From Salpingoeca rosetta (taxonomy: Eukaryota > Protista > Choanoflagellata): DNA of 64,000 nucleotides. A program made the translations under genes and the position numbers. Shown in pieces: positions 1 to 18,403 of the stretch. Positions within the stretch are counted from its first letter, which is position 1. Every line of letters begins with the position of its first letter. The stretch is taken from assembly GCA_033442325.1 (NCBI GenBank), contig JAWQFM010000002.1, positions 2,507,144 through 2,571,143 on the forward strand. The letters are read 5' to 3'. The notes beneath the pieces were generated by a model that worked only from the letters and a program-made list of their open reading frames with translations, ran no database searches and had not been told where the DNA came from.

Positions 1-27
1 CGTGTGTGTGTGTGTGTGTGTGCGTGT

Positions 28-64
<37 letters not shown>

Positions 65-197
65 TGTGTATGTGTGTGTGTGTGTGTGTGTACGCGTGTG
101 TGCGTGTGCGTGTGTGTGTGTGTCTTGTGTTGATGACCGTGCATGGCTGCGTTGCGGGAGCGGGCGTGCATTGACGGAAGCAAACATTGTCACATAC

Positions 198-246
198 CAG
201 TGAGTGCCGCAAAGACTGCCACCTTGGCGGTGAAGATTCTGGCCAT
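198..246 (-). CDS. Possible first exon of a gene running off the left edge (signal-peptide-like start MARIFTAKVAVFAALT)
   Basis: ATG at 246 on the minus strand, a hydrophobic N-terminal stretch, then a good donor G|GTATGT at 197 followed by a microsatellite intron. No recognisable homology. Confidence 0.3.
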
Positions 247-1390
247 GGTGAAAGGTGTCCGCTGTTGGCTGCCAAATTGGCGGCTTTCTGCAAGTACCAG
301 GACACGTCCTGGTCACAGCGGTGGTAGTTGATTTGAGCGCACCACAACTGGCACACCCACTGCAACAGCGCTTGTCCGCACACACACGCACACACACACA
401 AACGTGTGCACACAAGGAGCGGTAGATGGTCCAAAATCCACCACAGCTTCGTCGTGCAAGCTTGGGCTGATCGCCTGCTTGCAAGCTGCTTTCGCTCGAT
501 CGAGGACAAACACCCCCTTGGGTTAGATGGAAGCAAAATCGAGTGTGCCACACACAACCGTTCCACTCAACACGGAAGAGAATGTACACTACTTCGTGGG
601 GAGACGGGGGGTTGGCAAGGTGGGGAGCAGATGTTGTTCGCAAGGAAGAAGAGGAGAGAAGGCGAGGGGTTGGCCTTCTTGGTAAGGTGGTGGGTGGGGT
701 GTGTGACGACGCACACGGCACAGCATGGACCGCAACGTCGAAAGCAAAAGCGTTTTGTGCTGCTTTTGCTGGCCGTTCCGCGTGAGGGTGTGGCGGGCTT
801 TTGAAGGGTGGGGTGGTGGTGCTGTTGTTGTGCTTTTGTTCCCACACACACACGCTCCTCTTCTTTCTCTGGCTTGTTGTGCGCGCACCAGTGCAGCTGG
901 AGTTTTTTTTTTTTTTTTCTGCTTGAGACCCAACCGGATGGTGTTGTGCACCACGCCCCAAGATTTTCTTAGAATATCTTTTACAGAAATCGACAGTTGG
1001 TGCCCGCTAAATCCACATCAAATCACAACAAAGAAAAACGAAATCAGTGAGGCAAGCGCACAAACACAACACGCAAAACTCAGGACAGTGCTGCTCTGGG
1101 GCGCCGCCACCAGCTGCTGGAGTCGAGTCGAAGAAAAGAAGGAGTCGAAGAGTAGAAGAGTCGCAGAATCTTAGAGTGGAGTGTATGAGTGCTCTGTGAA
1201 TCTGTTACACTGTTCAACTGTGAGGTTCTCTGTTGCCGACTGGGCACGGATGGCCCCACATTCCCCAAAGAAGACCAGAAGAACGGAACAGAAGAACGGA
1301 AGAACTGAAGAAGAAGAAGAAGAAGAAGAAGCAGAACCTCATGACTTCCTGACTTCATGACCTCGAGGTCCTAGTGAGCGCGTACAGTAC

Positions 1391-2562
1391 TTAAGAACTC
1401 CTTTCTTCTTCAGGATCAGCTTCAGGCTGAAAAGGCTGACGGGAAAGGATCGGGGAGGAAGAGTGGGTGGGAGAGGAAGGTGTTGGTGTGGTGGACAGAA
1501 CAAAGGGCCTTAGCGCAGCTGTGGTGGGAGAAAGTGGAGTACTTGAATTTGTGCCTGTGGTTGTGGGGAAGTTCACGGAAGGACTTGAGGCAACAATCAG
1601 TGTGGGTGGTGGTTGCGTTGTCGCCAATGCTGATGGGGCATCAGGAGGTGAGGTCTCGTGCTCGTCTGCGATGGAAAGATCCGAGATGCTGTGCAGCATT
1701 TGGCGGTCGTGGCAATCCTCCATGACCGGTGCTGAGTGCAGAGGACCAGCGGGTAGCCGGAGGCAATGTGGTGTGGGCAAGTGTTTCGTGGTGAGAAGGC
1801 GCACGTACTCTGCTGCCTGCGGAAACTGCAAGGCTGCAGCGCAGTCAGGGGCAACAATTGAAGACAAGACCACAAGCAATGAAAAAGACAGCACACATAC
1901 GGACATGTGTAAGCACACAGGCACATACACGCTTTGCCCTGTCCCTGTGCCCACTGCAAATGAGAACCTGTGTAGGGTGTGAGGTGAACGTTCAGCCGCC
2001 TTGCAGAAGCCCGCTCCTGAGCGAGGACGTGAAGTCGTTGCCATCGGTCCTGGCGACGCTGCTGTGCCTCTTTCACCTAAACAGCATACGTGGTGTGAGC
2101 GTAGTGCCGATGTCGACACACAAAGGTGAGCATGCATGATTGCGCGGTGGTGCAACCCCTGCCGCTGTGCACTGACAAGCATCTCAATCTCACGAACCCA
2201 GACACACACTCGCACACACACACACACACATGGAAGCTCCTCTCAGAAGAGCCAAGTATACATTCTCACAGGGACTTAGACGGAGCAGCACGAACAACTG
2301 CACATGCGGTTGGCTACGCCCTCGATGGGTGCTGATCTGCCTTTCAGAGAGAAGACGCCGACTTGCCTGTTCTTGCTTCACTTCAATCTCATGTGCACAC
2401 TTCTGTACAGCCATGGCATCCACAGACTGCAGCACGCGTGTCACTTGGATGGCGATAAACTTGACCTTCTCGCACCAGTGCTGCTGCAACACCTGCATTG
2501 CGGAATGCATAATGCACAATGCACGCGCATACGCGCAACACTGTGAGCAGCAGCGTGCACAC

Positions 2563-2637
<75 letters not shown>

Positions 2638-5600
2638 CGCACACACTCACACACGCAAACACAAACACACCCACTCACACGCGCACACTCACATATCTCT
2701 CCACCTCGTTATTGAGTCACATTCACTTGTCGCCGGGCTCTTGGGCGCACCTTGAGGAGGACGGGAAGCAAGATGGACGCGCAGCGCCGGGAGCAGTCGG
2801 ACACGAACGTCAACACGCGTGGGTCGTCAAAGAAGAACATGGCGCGCTCAGCCACCTGAAGGGTAGCACAAAGCGGAATGGAGGGAGGTGGCCCAAGGTG
2901 AGGTTGGAATGGATAAGCAAATCGGGTGTGATGATGGCGGGGCCTTGGGGCCAAGGAAAAGGGGACAGCGTCCGAGCTGCGAGCTTATGGGTGTTCATCA
3001 AACGCAAGGATGAGCCAGGTACCTGAAAATGGTAGCTTTCCATGCAAGTTGCCAGGCGCTTCATGATGGCGGTCACGTTCTACTCAGTTCAGTGGCAGCC
3101 AAGTCAAACAGCCGGAAAGCCAAACAGCGGAGAGCGGGGTTGGGCTATGAGAAGGGCGCGAGAGGGCTGCAAGGGGTGGTAATCGAATAGCTACTCTCCA
3201 GGTCAAGAGCAGAGGATACCCCTCGACAACAGCGAGCTTGCAAGATGCACGCACGACCTACGTTCTTGAATGTGCCGTGGTTCATTTTCAGCACAAGCAC
3301 GTGTGCCAGCTCCAGGAAGAGCAGCTGCTTCAAGCTGGGCGTGTGCGGCCAGTGCTTGAGCACATACTTGATCGCCACGTCCGCAAGCTCGGGTTTCTTG
3401 TCCACAAAGCTGATGATGCATATCGTCAACTGTCCTCCGCCAAGCATCGGCGTGCAACACACGGAACAATCACAGAGAAAGCAACGGGAACACGGGTGAG
3501 GGTGTGGCGAACCGGAAACAGGAAGCAGAGCCAACGTGCAAGTGATCACACAGTGTGCATGGACGAACGTGCAGACGTGCGTGTGCCGTTTGTCGTGTGT
3601 CGCGTCATGTCACCTCTTGGAAAACGGTGTTGAGGCGGCGAACTTTGAGCAACGGCAGGAGAATGTGCTGGAACGTGTGGATGTGCTCTTCACGAACGGG
3701 GCGGGTGAACCCGTTGATGACCTTCTGCATGAACAGCAGCAGCGTACTCATGCCATTGAAGCGCTCTGTTTCGTACATGTACCTGCGCCGGTGTGGTGTG
3801 GCATTGGGTTGGAAGGGCCGTGGCAAGAACAGCCATGGGAACAGCGTACCAGGGTGAAGCGGTGCAAGGGTGAGGGTAAAGACAAACACCAATGCCATGG
3901 GGTGAGCCACTTGGAGAAGTGGGCATAGGGGTATGCACCAGCGCAACCTGGTTTCAAGGCCGTACGGCTGGATGCTCCTCACACACAATATAGACACGGA
4001 TAGCATTCGGTCGTATGGCCGTGCAGCAACAGACACGCACACACACACGTACAACAGTACGAACACACACACACACACTCACGCGCACGCGCACACTCCA
4101 CATCTCTCGCGGGCCGCACACGACGTGTACACACGCACCTGTAGAATATGTTGTAGATGGAAGTGCGCAGGAACGCTCGGCAGTCGATGGCTTTTGCGTA
4201 GATGACGTGCAGCACAACGCCAAGGCGTGCCCGTTCCCGCGGGTCCTCACAGTCAAGCATGTCCAGCAACTACAGCGCAACGCAAGTCGGTGCAGGGAGG
4301 GAAGGAGGGCGATGACGTGGCGGTAAGGTGGCCATGATGGGTGTGGTTGATGTATTGGGTTTGGGGTGCATGATGTGGTGTAGTAGTGTGGTAATGTCGT
4401 GTGTGGTGAGGCTATGAGTGGACTATTGTGTTGCGCTTTGTTCCTGATGCCTGATGCGACGGAATGTGCAAAACACATGAATCCAGGACCACCATGCACA
4501 TGAGAGGGCGCTGTACCCGCAGGAGTAGCTGCCGCGACAAGAACGTCCTTGCATGCGTCGTTGTCAGCACGGGGGACTTCATCAGCTTGATGAACATGGT
4601 GTAGACCAGCTATAGGGGCATGAACCATTGGTGAGCAAAGGTGTACTTCAGGCCATGCTTGTGAGTGGAGTCACAAGACAGCAGCGGGCAAGACGTGGAA
4701 TGGAGCCATGAGCGGGACAGAGACACACAAACACACACACACACACAAATAGAGACAGAGATAGCCAGAGACAAAGACAGACAGAGAGAGGGGGAGAGTG
4801 ATGCGCACACGCACACGCGCATCCAGACAGGCAGGGACATGCACATATGCAGACATGTGTTGCACCTCGAGGTGAGCCCATGCAGGCTCCAAGGCGTGCG
4901 TGTCTTCGTCAAGGTCTGGATCAGCGCCGCTGGCGTTGGTGGAAGGCGGCGGCAGTCGGCGAATACAGTTGGACTCAAACACTTCAATAAACCTCGGTAT
5001 GACTCCCTAGCATCGATACATACGATGCGTTTGCAAGAGGGCGGGGCAGGGCACGTGCAAAAAGCACACACCATTCGCGATATCCGTGTGAGCGCAACGA
5101 GTTCACAACACCAACAATGCAGCGAAGCAAGTGCGATTTGTGTTGTGCGCGCTTCTCGCCCTGTGCCTCGCTCACACGCACACCCAAACACAGCTACACG
5201 CAGTGATCTGTGTCCATCCTCGGGATAACGCCAGCAGGGGATTGTCAAAATATGTACGTGCTCACCTCCTCTCTGACATTGTCCTCGATCTTGTCAAACG
5301 ATGCACAGATGTCCGTCAGTGCTCGGGTCTTCAGCTTGCGGTTCTGGATCATGAGCGCGGTCAACAGTGCCAGTGTGTGAGAGTAAGTGTGAGTGAGTGT
5401 GAGAGTAAGTGAGTGAGTGTGTGAGTAAGTGAGTGAGAGTGTGAGCGAGTGCGTGTGTGTCGAAATGCTTGGTAACATTACAGCCACAAGTCACACGTTG
5501 CGCACCGTCGCTGTGCTGGGCTTCGTAAAGTCAAAGACAAGCGTGCATTGTTGGAGCTTCGCCAGCAACAGTGGCTTTTTCTGGAACAGCGACACATCTG

Positions 5601-6458
5601 CGGGTGGTGACGAGATCGAGCAACACGATAAAAGGCGGAATTTGAGCTGAGAGTCGTGTGCGTGGGTGCATGTGAACAGCTTCTTTCATCAGAGCTTCAC
5701 TGGCCACAACAACCACAGACAGGAAACACAGAAGTTCTCAGACCATCTGCTACATAGCAGACACACTGATACATGTCCGTGCGCATATGCGCATATGTTA
5801 GCACTCATCCGCGAGTGCGCTGGCACGCGCACACATATACACATGAATGCGCGTCTGTGCGCTTCTACACATATGCACACGCGTCAGTGCGCGTGGTTTT
5901 GTACCTTTGAACTTTGGGAGGGGCTCAAGGTAAAGGCGGGGCTCGTCTGTGAGCGGGTCTGGGCGAATCACCCAGGGTTCATAATGCATCTTCATGTGTT
6001 TGGCCAGCTCCTTCTCCTGTTCCTTGTCGCCAGCCCTCACGCAGAACACCTCGCGAACCAATCCCCGTGGAAGGGGCCGCCGACCGGTAGCTGGGCGACC
6101 CTCCTGTCTCGCACCCAAGCACATGCAGTTGCGTGGCAACAGATCAACATTCCATGAGAGCAGGATCAGCTGCGAATGTTGCGCTTCAGGAATGCATGTG
6201 TGTGTGTGTGTGTGTGTACTTGTGTGTACTTGTGTGTGCTTGTGTGTACTTGTGTGTGCTTGTGGGTGCCTGTGTGTGCTTGCGTGTGCTTGCGTGTGCT
6301 TGTGTGCATGGGGTTGTGGTAGAAGCAAGGCATGTGTGATATGTAGGTGTTGTGGGGGTGACCTGGGTCGCAGAGGTCTGCTCCTTTTTTGCGCCAGGTT
6401 TCACCGGGGAAGTCTGAGCCTTCTGGGCAAATACGGCAAGGCCTCGCTCAGGCCGCAT
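1391..6458 (-). CDS. Protein phosphatase 2A regulatory subunit B' (B56/PPP2R5 family), divergent, multi-exon
   Basis: Exons in B56 order: LEPLPKFK (~5905-5930); LLLAKLQQCTLVFDF (~5525-5575); DPDLDEDTHALEPAWAHLE (~4867-4925); LLDMLDCEDPRERARLGVVLHVIYAK...NIFYR (~4139-4271); YETERFNG...INGFTRPVREEH...LLPLLK (~3610-3782); YVLKHWPHTPSLKQLLFLE (~3260-3430); CMESYHFQ|VAERAM; HWCEKV. A Ser/Thr/Pro-rich last exon ends at the stop at 1391. The start codon (6458, MRPERG) is uncertain. Confidence 0.9.
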
Positions 6459-6575
6459 GTTGCCTGTGGTGGCTGCGCAGGTCCCGAGTATTAACAAGCC
6501 CAACAGGCGATGGCGGTTGGTTGAGGAGTGAGGATCGAGAGTTGACAATTGAGAGCAGGCAACACACAAGCCGTG

Positions 6576-6683
<108 letters not shown>

Positions 6684-6796
6684 GCAAGTACCCTGCTGCT
6701 CTCTTCCCGACGAGAACCCGAGCACTCACACATCGTTGGGCGGTGGGCGGCAGACGGCTGGAAGGAGAGCAGCACCAAACGGAGAGGTTGACGAGC

Positions 6797-6857
<61 letters not shown>

Positions 6858-7390
6858 GCACACACACACACACACACGAGCTTGGGAGGTGAGCAGCAGA
6901 TCTGGGGGAAGACTGCGTGCTCGGTTCGTGAAGAAACACAATCGTGTGGGGTGCTTAATTACAAGAAGTGCCAATCAACACAAACACACCTCAAAAAGCT
7001 GTGACGCTTTGTTACGTTGGAATCAGAGGCAAGACACGTGATGCGCTGATATGCTGTTCAGTCTGCTGCTGCTCTGCTGGTTGGTGTTCGAGCAGGGGCT
7101 TGCTGGCCTCCTCTTGTCACGCGCTTCGTTCCTTGTCTGATTGTTGTTATGTGTACGTACGTACGTATACGGCTGCGTCTTCCCGCGGGAGCCAAGCAAG
7201 CAAGCGGGCGGGGAGCGGGTGAAGGTGTGAGGGTGTGTGCGTTCCGATTCTTATGAAGATGTGGCAAACAATCCACAGCACCTTGCGATGTTTAATTGGG
7301 CATCGAATTCTGCTTCAGAACAAGTAAATAATTTCTCGCAACTGGCCAACAAACAAAGGACACAGTAAGTAATCAAAACAAGCTCCAACG

Positions 7391-8419
7391 ATGGTGCTGG
7401 TGCGTCACGCATGGGGGGAAGGGGAGGAAGGAACCGCAGCGGCGATGCAGCAGACGCCCGCACGACAGCCAAGCCAGGACGTGGCGCTGCCTCGACGGCA
7501 AAGGCCAAGATCCATTTCTCCAAGGAAAATTCTGAGCAGCAGCACCACCACCAGCAACACCACCAGCAACAACAACCACAATAACAACCACAATAACAAC
7601 AACAACAGTGACCACAGCATCAACAGTGTCAGCATCAGGGATGTCAACTGGCGATGGCTGATGGGTGGAATCGTAGTTGCCCTGATTGCCACACGGTGCA
7701 TTCTGAGTGCGTGCCCTCGTCGAGGACAGGATGTGGGATCGAGCTCAGGTTTGCAGCAAGTCGGGCCGTCTCCACTTGAGACATTTTCCGCCAAGTAAGT
7801 CCTTTCCTTGAAGAAACAATGTACAGCACGCAATATGCGACGGCCAGCTTATTTGGAACTGCACAGCTGCTTGCGTGAGGTGACAGTTCACCCTTTCACC
7901 ACTGACAAGTGCTGGGTCTTGACTTTTCCCTCATTGTACTGCATTGTAGGTACCCACATTACTCCCACCACCGGCAGCTTGCCAGCTTGCTCAAGCTCAT
8001 CAGTGGAGAGGTGTGTGCATGAAACGTGCGTGTGTATGAATCGTACGTGCGTGCGCATGCTTCTGTGTGTGTGTGTGTATGTGTATGCTTGCGCTGCGTG
8101 TGTGACCAAGGGCCGGGTTCACGCTGGCATCGTCATGAGGTCGTTGGGGCTGCTGCTCATGCAAACCTCCCTTGTTACTGCACAGAACACCAGCGGCAAG
8201 GCAACGACAGTGGCCATTGTTGGCCCAGATGATGAGCTTGGCCGGGAACTGCTCCGCGTATTGACAGCCGGACAAACCACGCAAACAGTTGATGGTGCGC
8301 ATCAGGCATGTTTGCTGGATGTGCGCATCAGGCATGTTTGCTGGATGTGCGTGTGCGTGCGTGTGTGTGTTTGTGTGCGTGCGTGTGTGTGTGTGTGTGC
8401 GCGCGCGTGTCGGTGTGTC

Positions 8420-8462
<43 letters not shown>

Positions 8463-8611
8463 AGAGGAAAAATGAAAGATAAAGAAAATAAGAGAAAAGG
8501 GAAAAACGGGACGCGAATGCATAACCCTACCGGAAGACAGTATCCGGGCATCTTCACGTCAATGATAAAATTAGCGATACTTGGTTGAGGCGGCATAATC
8601 AGTCGGTGGTG

Positions 8612-8664
<53 letters not shown>

Positions 8665-9942
8665 CACTTGCAGGAGCGACAACTCATCCAAACGTGGCGT
8701 ACGCTGTGATTTTCGTGCAGGCAACGTGTGGCGTGAGCGAAGCGCAAACGATGGCCCATCCTGGCGACAGTGGTACGCACACAGCACCCAAGTGTGCGCA
8801 CTCATACACGCACACACACATACACAAACACACACGCACACACAAACACACACACACACAAACACACAAACACACACATGCAAGAACATAGTAACGCCGC
8901 CTTGCGTCCTTGTCATTTGCGCGGATTTTTGCACTGCATGGCACTGCTTGCATCGCATATGTCATGGTTGCGATTGGTTTCCAAGGGTAATCGGTCAGAT
9001 CAAGCCCGTGCTTGAGCAGAGCCCGACAGCTGTGATTGTCATGGAGAACCTACCAGAAGAGCAAGGTGCAGACACCCCTTCCACCCACACCTCGGTCTTT
9101 CCTGCACGCAGTGTGAATGTATGGCTTGGTGTCTGCGTGCGTGCGAAGCAAGGGGGGGCATGAATGAGTGTATTCTGCTGTGCTGATTGCACGTGGTGTC
9201 GTCATCCCCGCATCAGCGCACGAATCAGAAACAGGCATGCTTCTTTCCGTGCTTACCTTTGGTCGCACGTGCATGTGCACGAGCAACTCATCGCTTGCTG
9301 TATCGCTGCTGTCGTTACTGTGTCTTCAGGGGCACTTGATCCACTGCACCACTGCTTCAACGACAAGATGCCGCTGCTGGTTGCTGGGAGTCACGTGTCC
9401 TGCCAGCACGCAACCTTCATCTTCGTTATTAAGGTCAGTGCTTGCGAGTGTGTGCGTGTTTTGTGAGTGCCTGCGAGTGTTGCAAGTGTACGCGTGTTTC
9501 GTGAGTGGTTGCGAGTGGATGTTTGTTTTGTAAGTGGTTGCGAGTGTGTGCATGTGCATATGTGTGAACGTGTACATATGTGTTGCCGACAAATGATTCC
9601 TTGTGCGCCCATCTCGTGCCCTTCACGCCACGTCGCTTTTTTTTTTGTGTGTGTGTGTGTGTGTGGCTGTGTGTGTGTGTGGCTGTGTGTGTACAGGATT
9701 GGCCCACAGCGACAAGCGCGGGCGTCGCAGAGTTAGCGGCAGCGTGCAGTGACACATCGCCAAGCCGGTGCTCCCAGTTGCTATCGGGAGAGCCAATGCA
9801 TGCGCTCATGACCTCGCCAGCGGCGAGAGAAAAGAACCATCTGATTGACACGCGCGCAACACAGCGACGGGTGCGATGGATCCTCCCAGCCATGCACAGC
9901 AGTCGTGGTGATGGTGATCAAGGGGTGACGATGAAGAGGTGA
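7391..9942 (+). CDS. Type II membrane protein with a degenerate Torsin-type AAA+ domain (LAP1/LULL1/TOR1AIP-like candidate)
   Basis: Seven phase-compatible GT-AG exons: 7391-7794, 7950-8010, 8186-8294, 8721-8772, 8986-9065, 9330-9433, 9697-9942. The product has a basic/N-rich N-terminus, one TM segment ([22 protein letters not shown]), then ...[53 protein letters not shown]...VDG...[43 protein letters not shown]...[13 protein letters not shown]...[15 protein letters not shown]. The gene model is solid; the family call is by eye. Confidence 0.6.
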
Positions 9943-10575
9943 TGATGACGACGACGACGATGATGATGATGACGACGACGATGATGATGATGATGATGCT
10001 GGGAGATTAGAGAGGTGGATCAACCAGTGAAGGTGCGTGTGTTTGTTGTTGCTGTGTGTGTGTGTGTGTTTGAGAAGGGGACGACAGGCTGGACTGCACG
10101 GTGAACGTCGTGTTCAGAGAGACAAGCGTTTCACTACCGGAGCACACGGTGACGCTGGCAATAGCAACACCAGCACCGACACCACCACCCAATACGGCCC
10201 CTTCCTGTGCTGAATGGAAGACTGCAGATGGATTGGATCAGCTCATCGCCATTCCTGTACCTTTGTCAGTTACATTTCTGATGTGTGCACGCGCGCTGTG
10301 GCGTTTGAGGCGGCTGATGTGCTGGTTGCGACTGCGTCAGGTCGCACGTTGATTGGTGTGCGTGCGGGCATGACTTTCAAAACGCCATCTTGTTGTTACA
10401 TTACACGACACACTCCAACATCATTCCAGACGCGATGGTGTGGCAGGTAGTTTATTTGCAATTAAACACAAGGTCACGCCAGCGAGCAGTTGTTGTGCCG
10501 TCCAAGGTCGGCGTTGAAACCTTCTCAAATCATCATCGTCAGCAGCAGCACCATCATCAGCAGCAGCAGCCGTGA

Positions 10576-13968
<3,393 letters not shown>

Positions 13969-14391
13969 ATCCGACTCTTGCTTCTTGTTGTTGTTGTTGT
14001 TCTGTGTTGTGCTTTCTTGCGATTTGTGAAAGATTCGCATGAAATTTCTCAACCACCTTCATTGTACAAGGCGTTGGCCATCGTACCATACACGCAGCAC
14101 TCGCTCTTGCTTCTTCGCTCTCTTCTCATCTGCATCTCTCTTCTCCATCGCCTTGTCGTCGCCGCAGACCTGCCTGTCTCTTGCACGCGCGTACACAGCT
14201 TGAGCGGTGCAAACGCACACACACACACATACACGCAGTCAGACAAGACGGACTGCGGGGTTCGCACTTGTGTCAAACGCACTTTCGTTGTGTGGAAGCT
14301 TCGTTCGCTCGTGGCGGCCTTTCTCCTCTTTGTGAGACTGTTTGTTGCCGTGGTTCGGGGAGAAGCCGAGAGACTAGGATTGTTTGCAAGT
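13969..14391. promoter_or_regulatory. Probable bidirectional promoter between SH3YL1 (-) and the Salvador-like gene (+)
   Basis: Start codons face away from each other, about 420 bp apart. Confidence 0.5.
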
Positions 14392-16872
<2,481 letters not shown>

Positions 16873-17249
16873 TATGTGAGATGACATGGTGTGCTGTGGT
16901 GTGCTGGTGTCACGGCACGACGCCATTCCAGGCAATATCGACAGAGAACGCGGCAACGTGGTGTGTGTGTGCGTGTGTGCGCGTGTGTTTGTGTGCACTA
17001 TTCGGTGGCAGCAGCAACAGCAACGGTGTACTGAATATGGAGGAGGAGGAAGGAACAGGGGTGCAGACAAAGAGCAAGCAGACAACAAAGACAGAGACAA
17101 GGCCGCAACAGGCAGTGCAAGAGGGACAAACATCAGGCGACATGCGTATGCAGTGGGTGTGTGGGTGTGTGGGTGGGTGGTGGTTGTGGTGCTTTCTTGT
17201 CCTCCCAGCGAGTAAAAGCACAGCACGTTTGGTATGGCTGAAACCTGGC

Positions 17250-18314
17250 TCAGACAACCTGCACGGCAGCACAATGGCGAGGCAGCAGACAATGTGGGCG
17301 GGGTGCGTGAGCAGACAAGCGAAGAGCAATGGGTGGTTGGCCGAGCGAGTGGGTGTGGTGTTTCGGCGGCGGCAGTGGCAGTTGGCAGGTAGGATGTGGA
17401 CGCATGCAGGTGTCGGTCAGATGTCGTGAAAGTTTAAGACAAGTTGAGACGGCAGCCCGCATTGGTTGGTGTCATGGCAAACAAGCCAACAACGCAAGTC
17501 ACGAAAAGCAAGACAGGTAGGTTGACAACCAACCCAAGAGAGAAAGCGACATGCAATAAAAAGTTACAAAAGGTATGCCATGTGGACAGTACAGAATGTT
17601 CCACAGCAGTCGCAAGGCAAGCATTGCATACATTTCAAACACCACCATTAGCAGCAGCAGCAGCAGCAGCAGCAGCCACCACCACCACCACCACCACCAC
17701 GGCGCATGAGACGACAAGCGAAAAGGCTGCGGGACTGCATGCAAGCAAGGCATGATCTAGCGTCTGGTGTCTGGGTGCACACGTGCTACCTTGTTGCTCT
17801 TGTCCATCCGGTTGGACAAGCAGCAGCACAGGGAGATGAGGATGATCAGCACGCCCTGCACGTGGTCGCAAGTATGCGTATGTGTGTGTATGTGTATGTG
17901 TGTGTGTGTGTGTGTGTGGAAGTTAGTGAGAGTGTGAGTAAGAAAGCTGTGTGTGGGTCGAACGAGTGTGTAGGTGATGTGTACGAAGCCAAGAACAGGT
18001 AAAAACACGCACCCCCCCCCCACACACACAAAGGCCCGTGGAGGACATGAGAGCAAGCACGTGAGAGCACTCACCAGGCCGACGAGGAGCCAGCCCCAGT
18101 TGGGGATGTACGCGTCCGTGCGCAGGGCCCACTCCTTGAGGTCGTTGAACGAGGCGTTCCTGGTGGCATGTGCGGCAGGGTTGGCGTGGGGGGGGGGTGA
18201 GCATGCGGCCATGGCAGGACACAAAGCAAGGCAATAAGGAGCAAGGCAATAAATAGCAAGACAATAGCATAGCAGTGACAAGGCACGAGCAGGGCGACAA
18301 CAAGGCAAGGCCCC

Positions 18315-18403
<89 letters not shown>

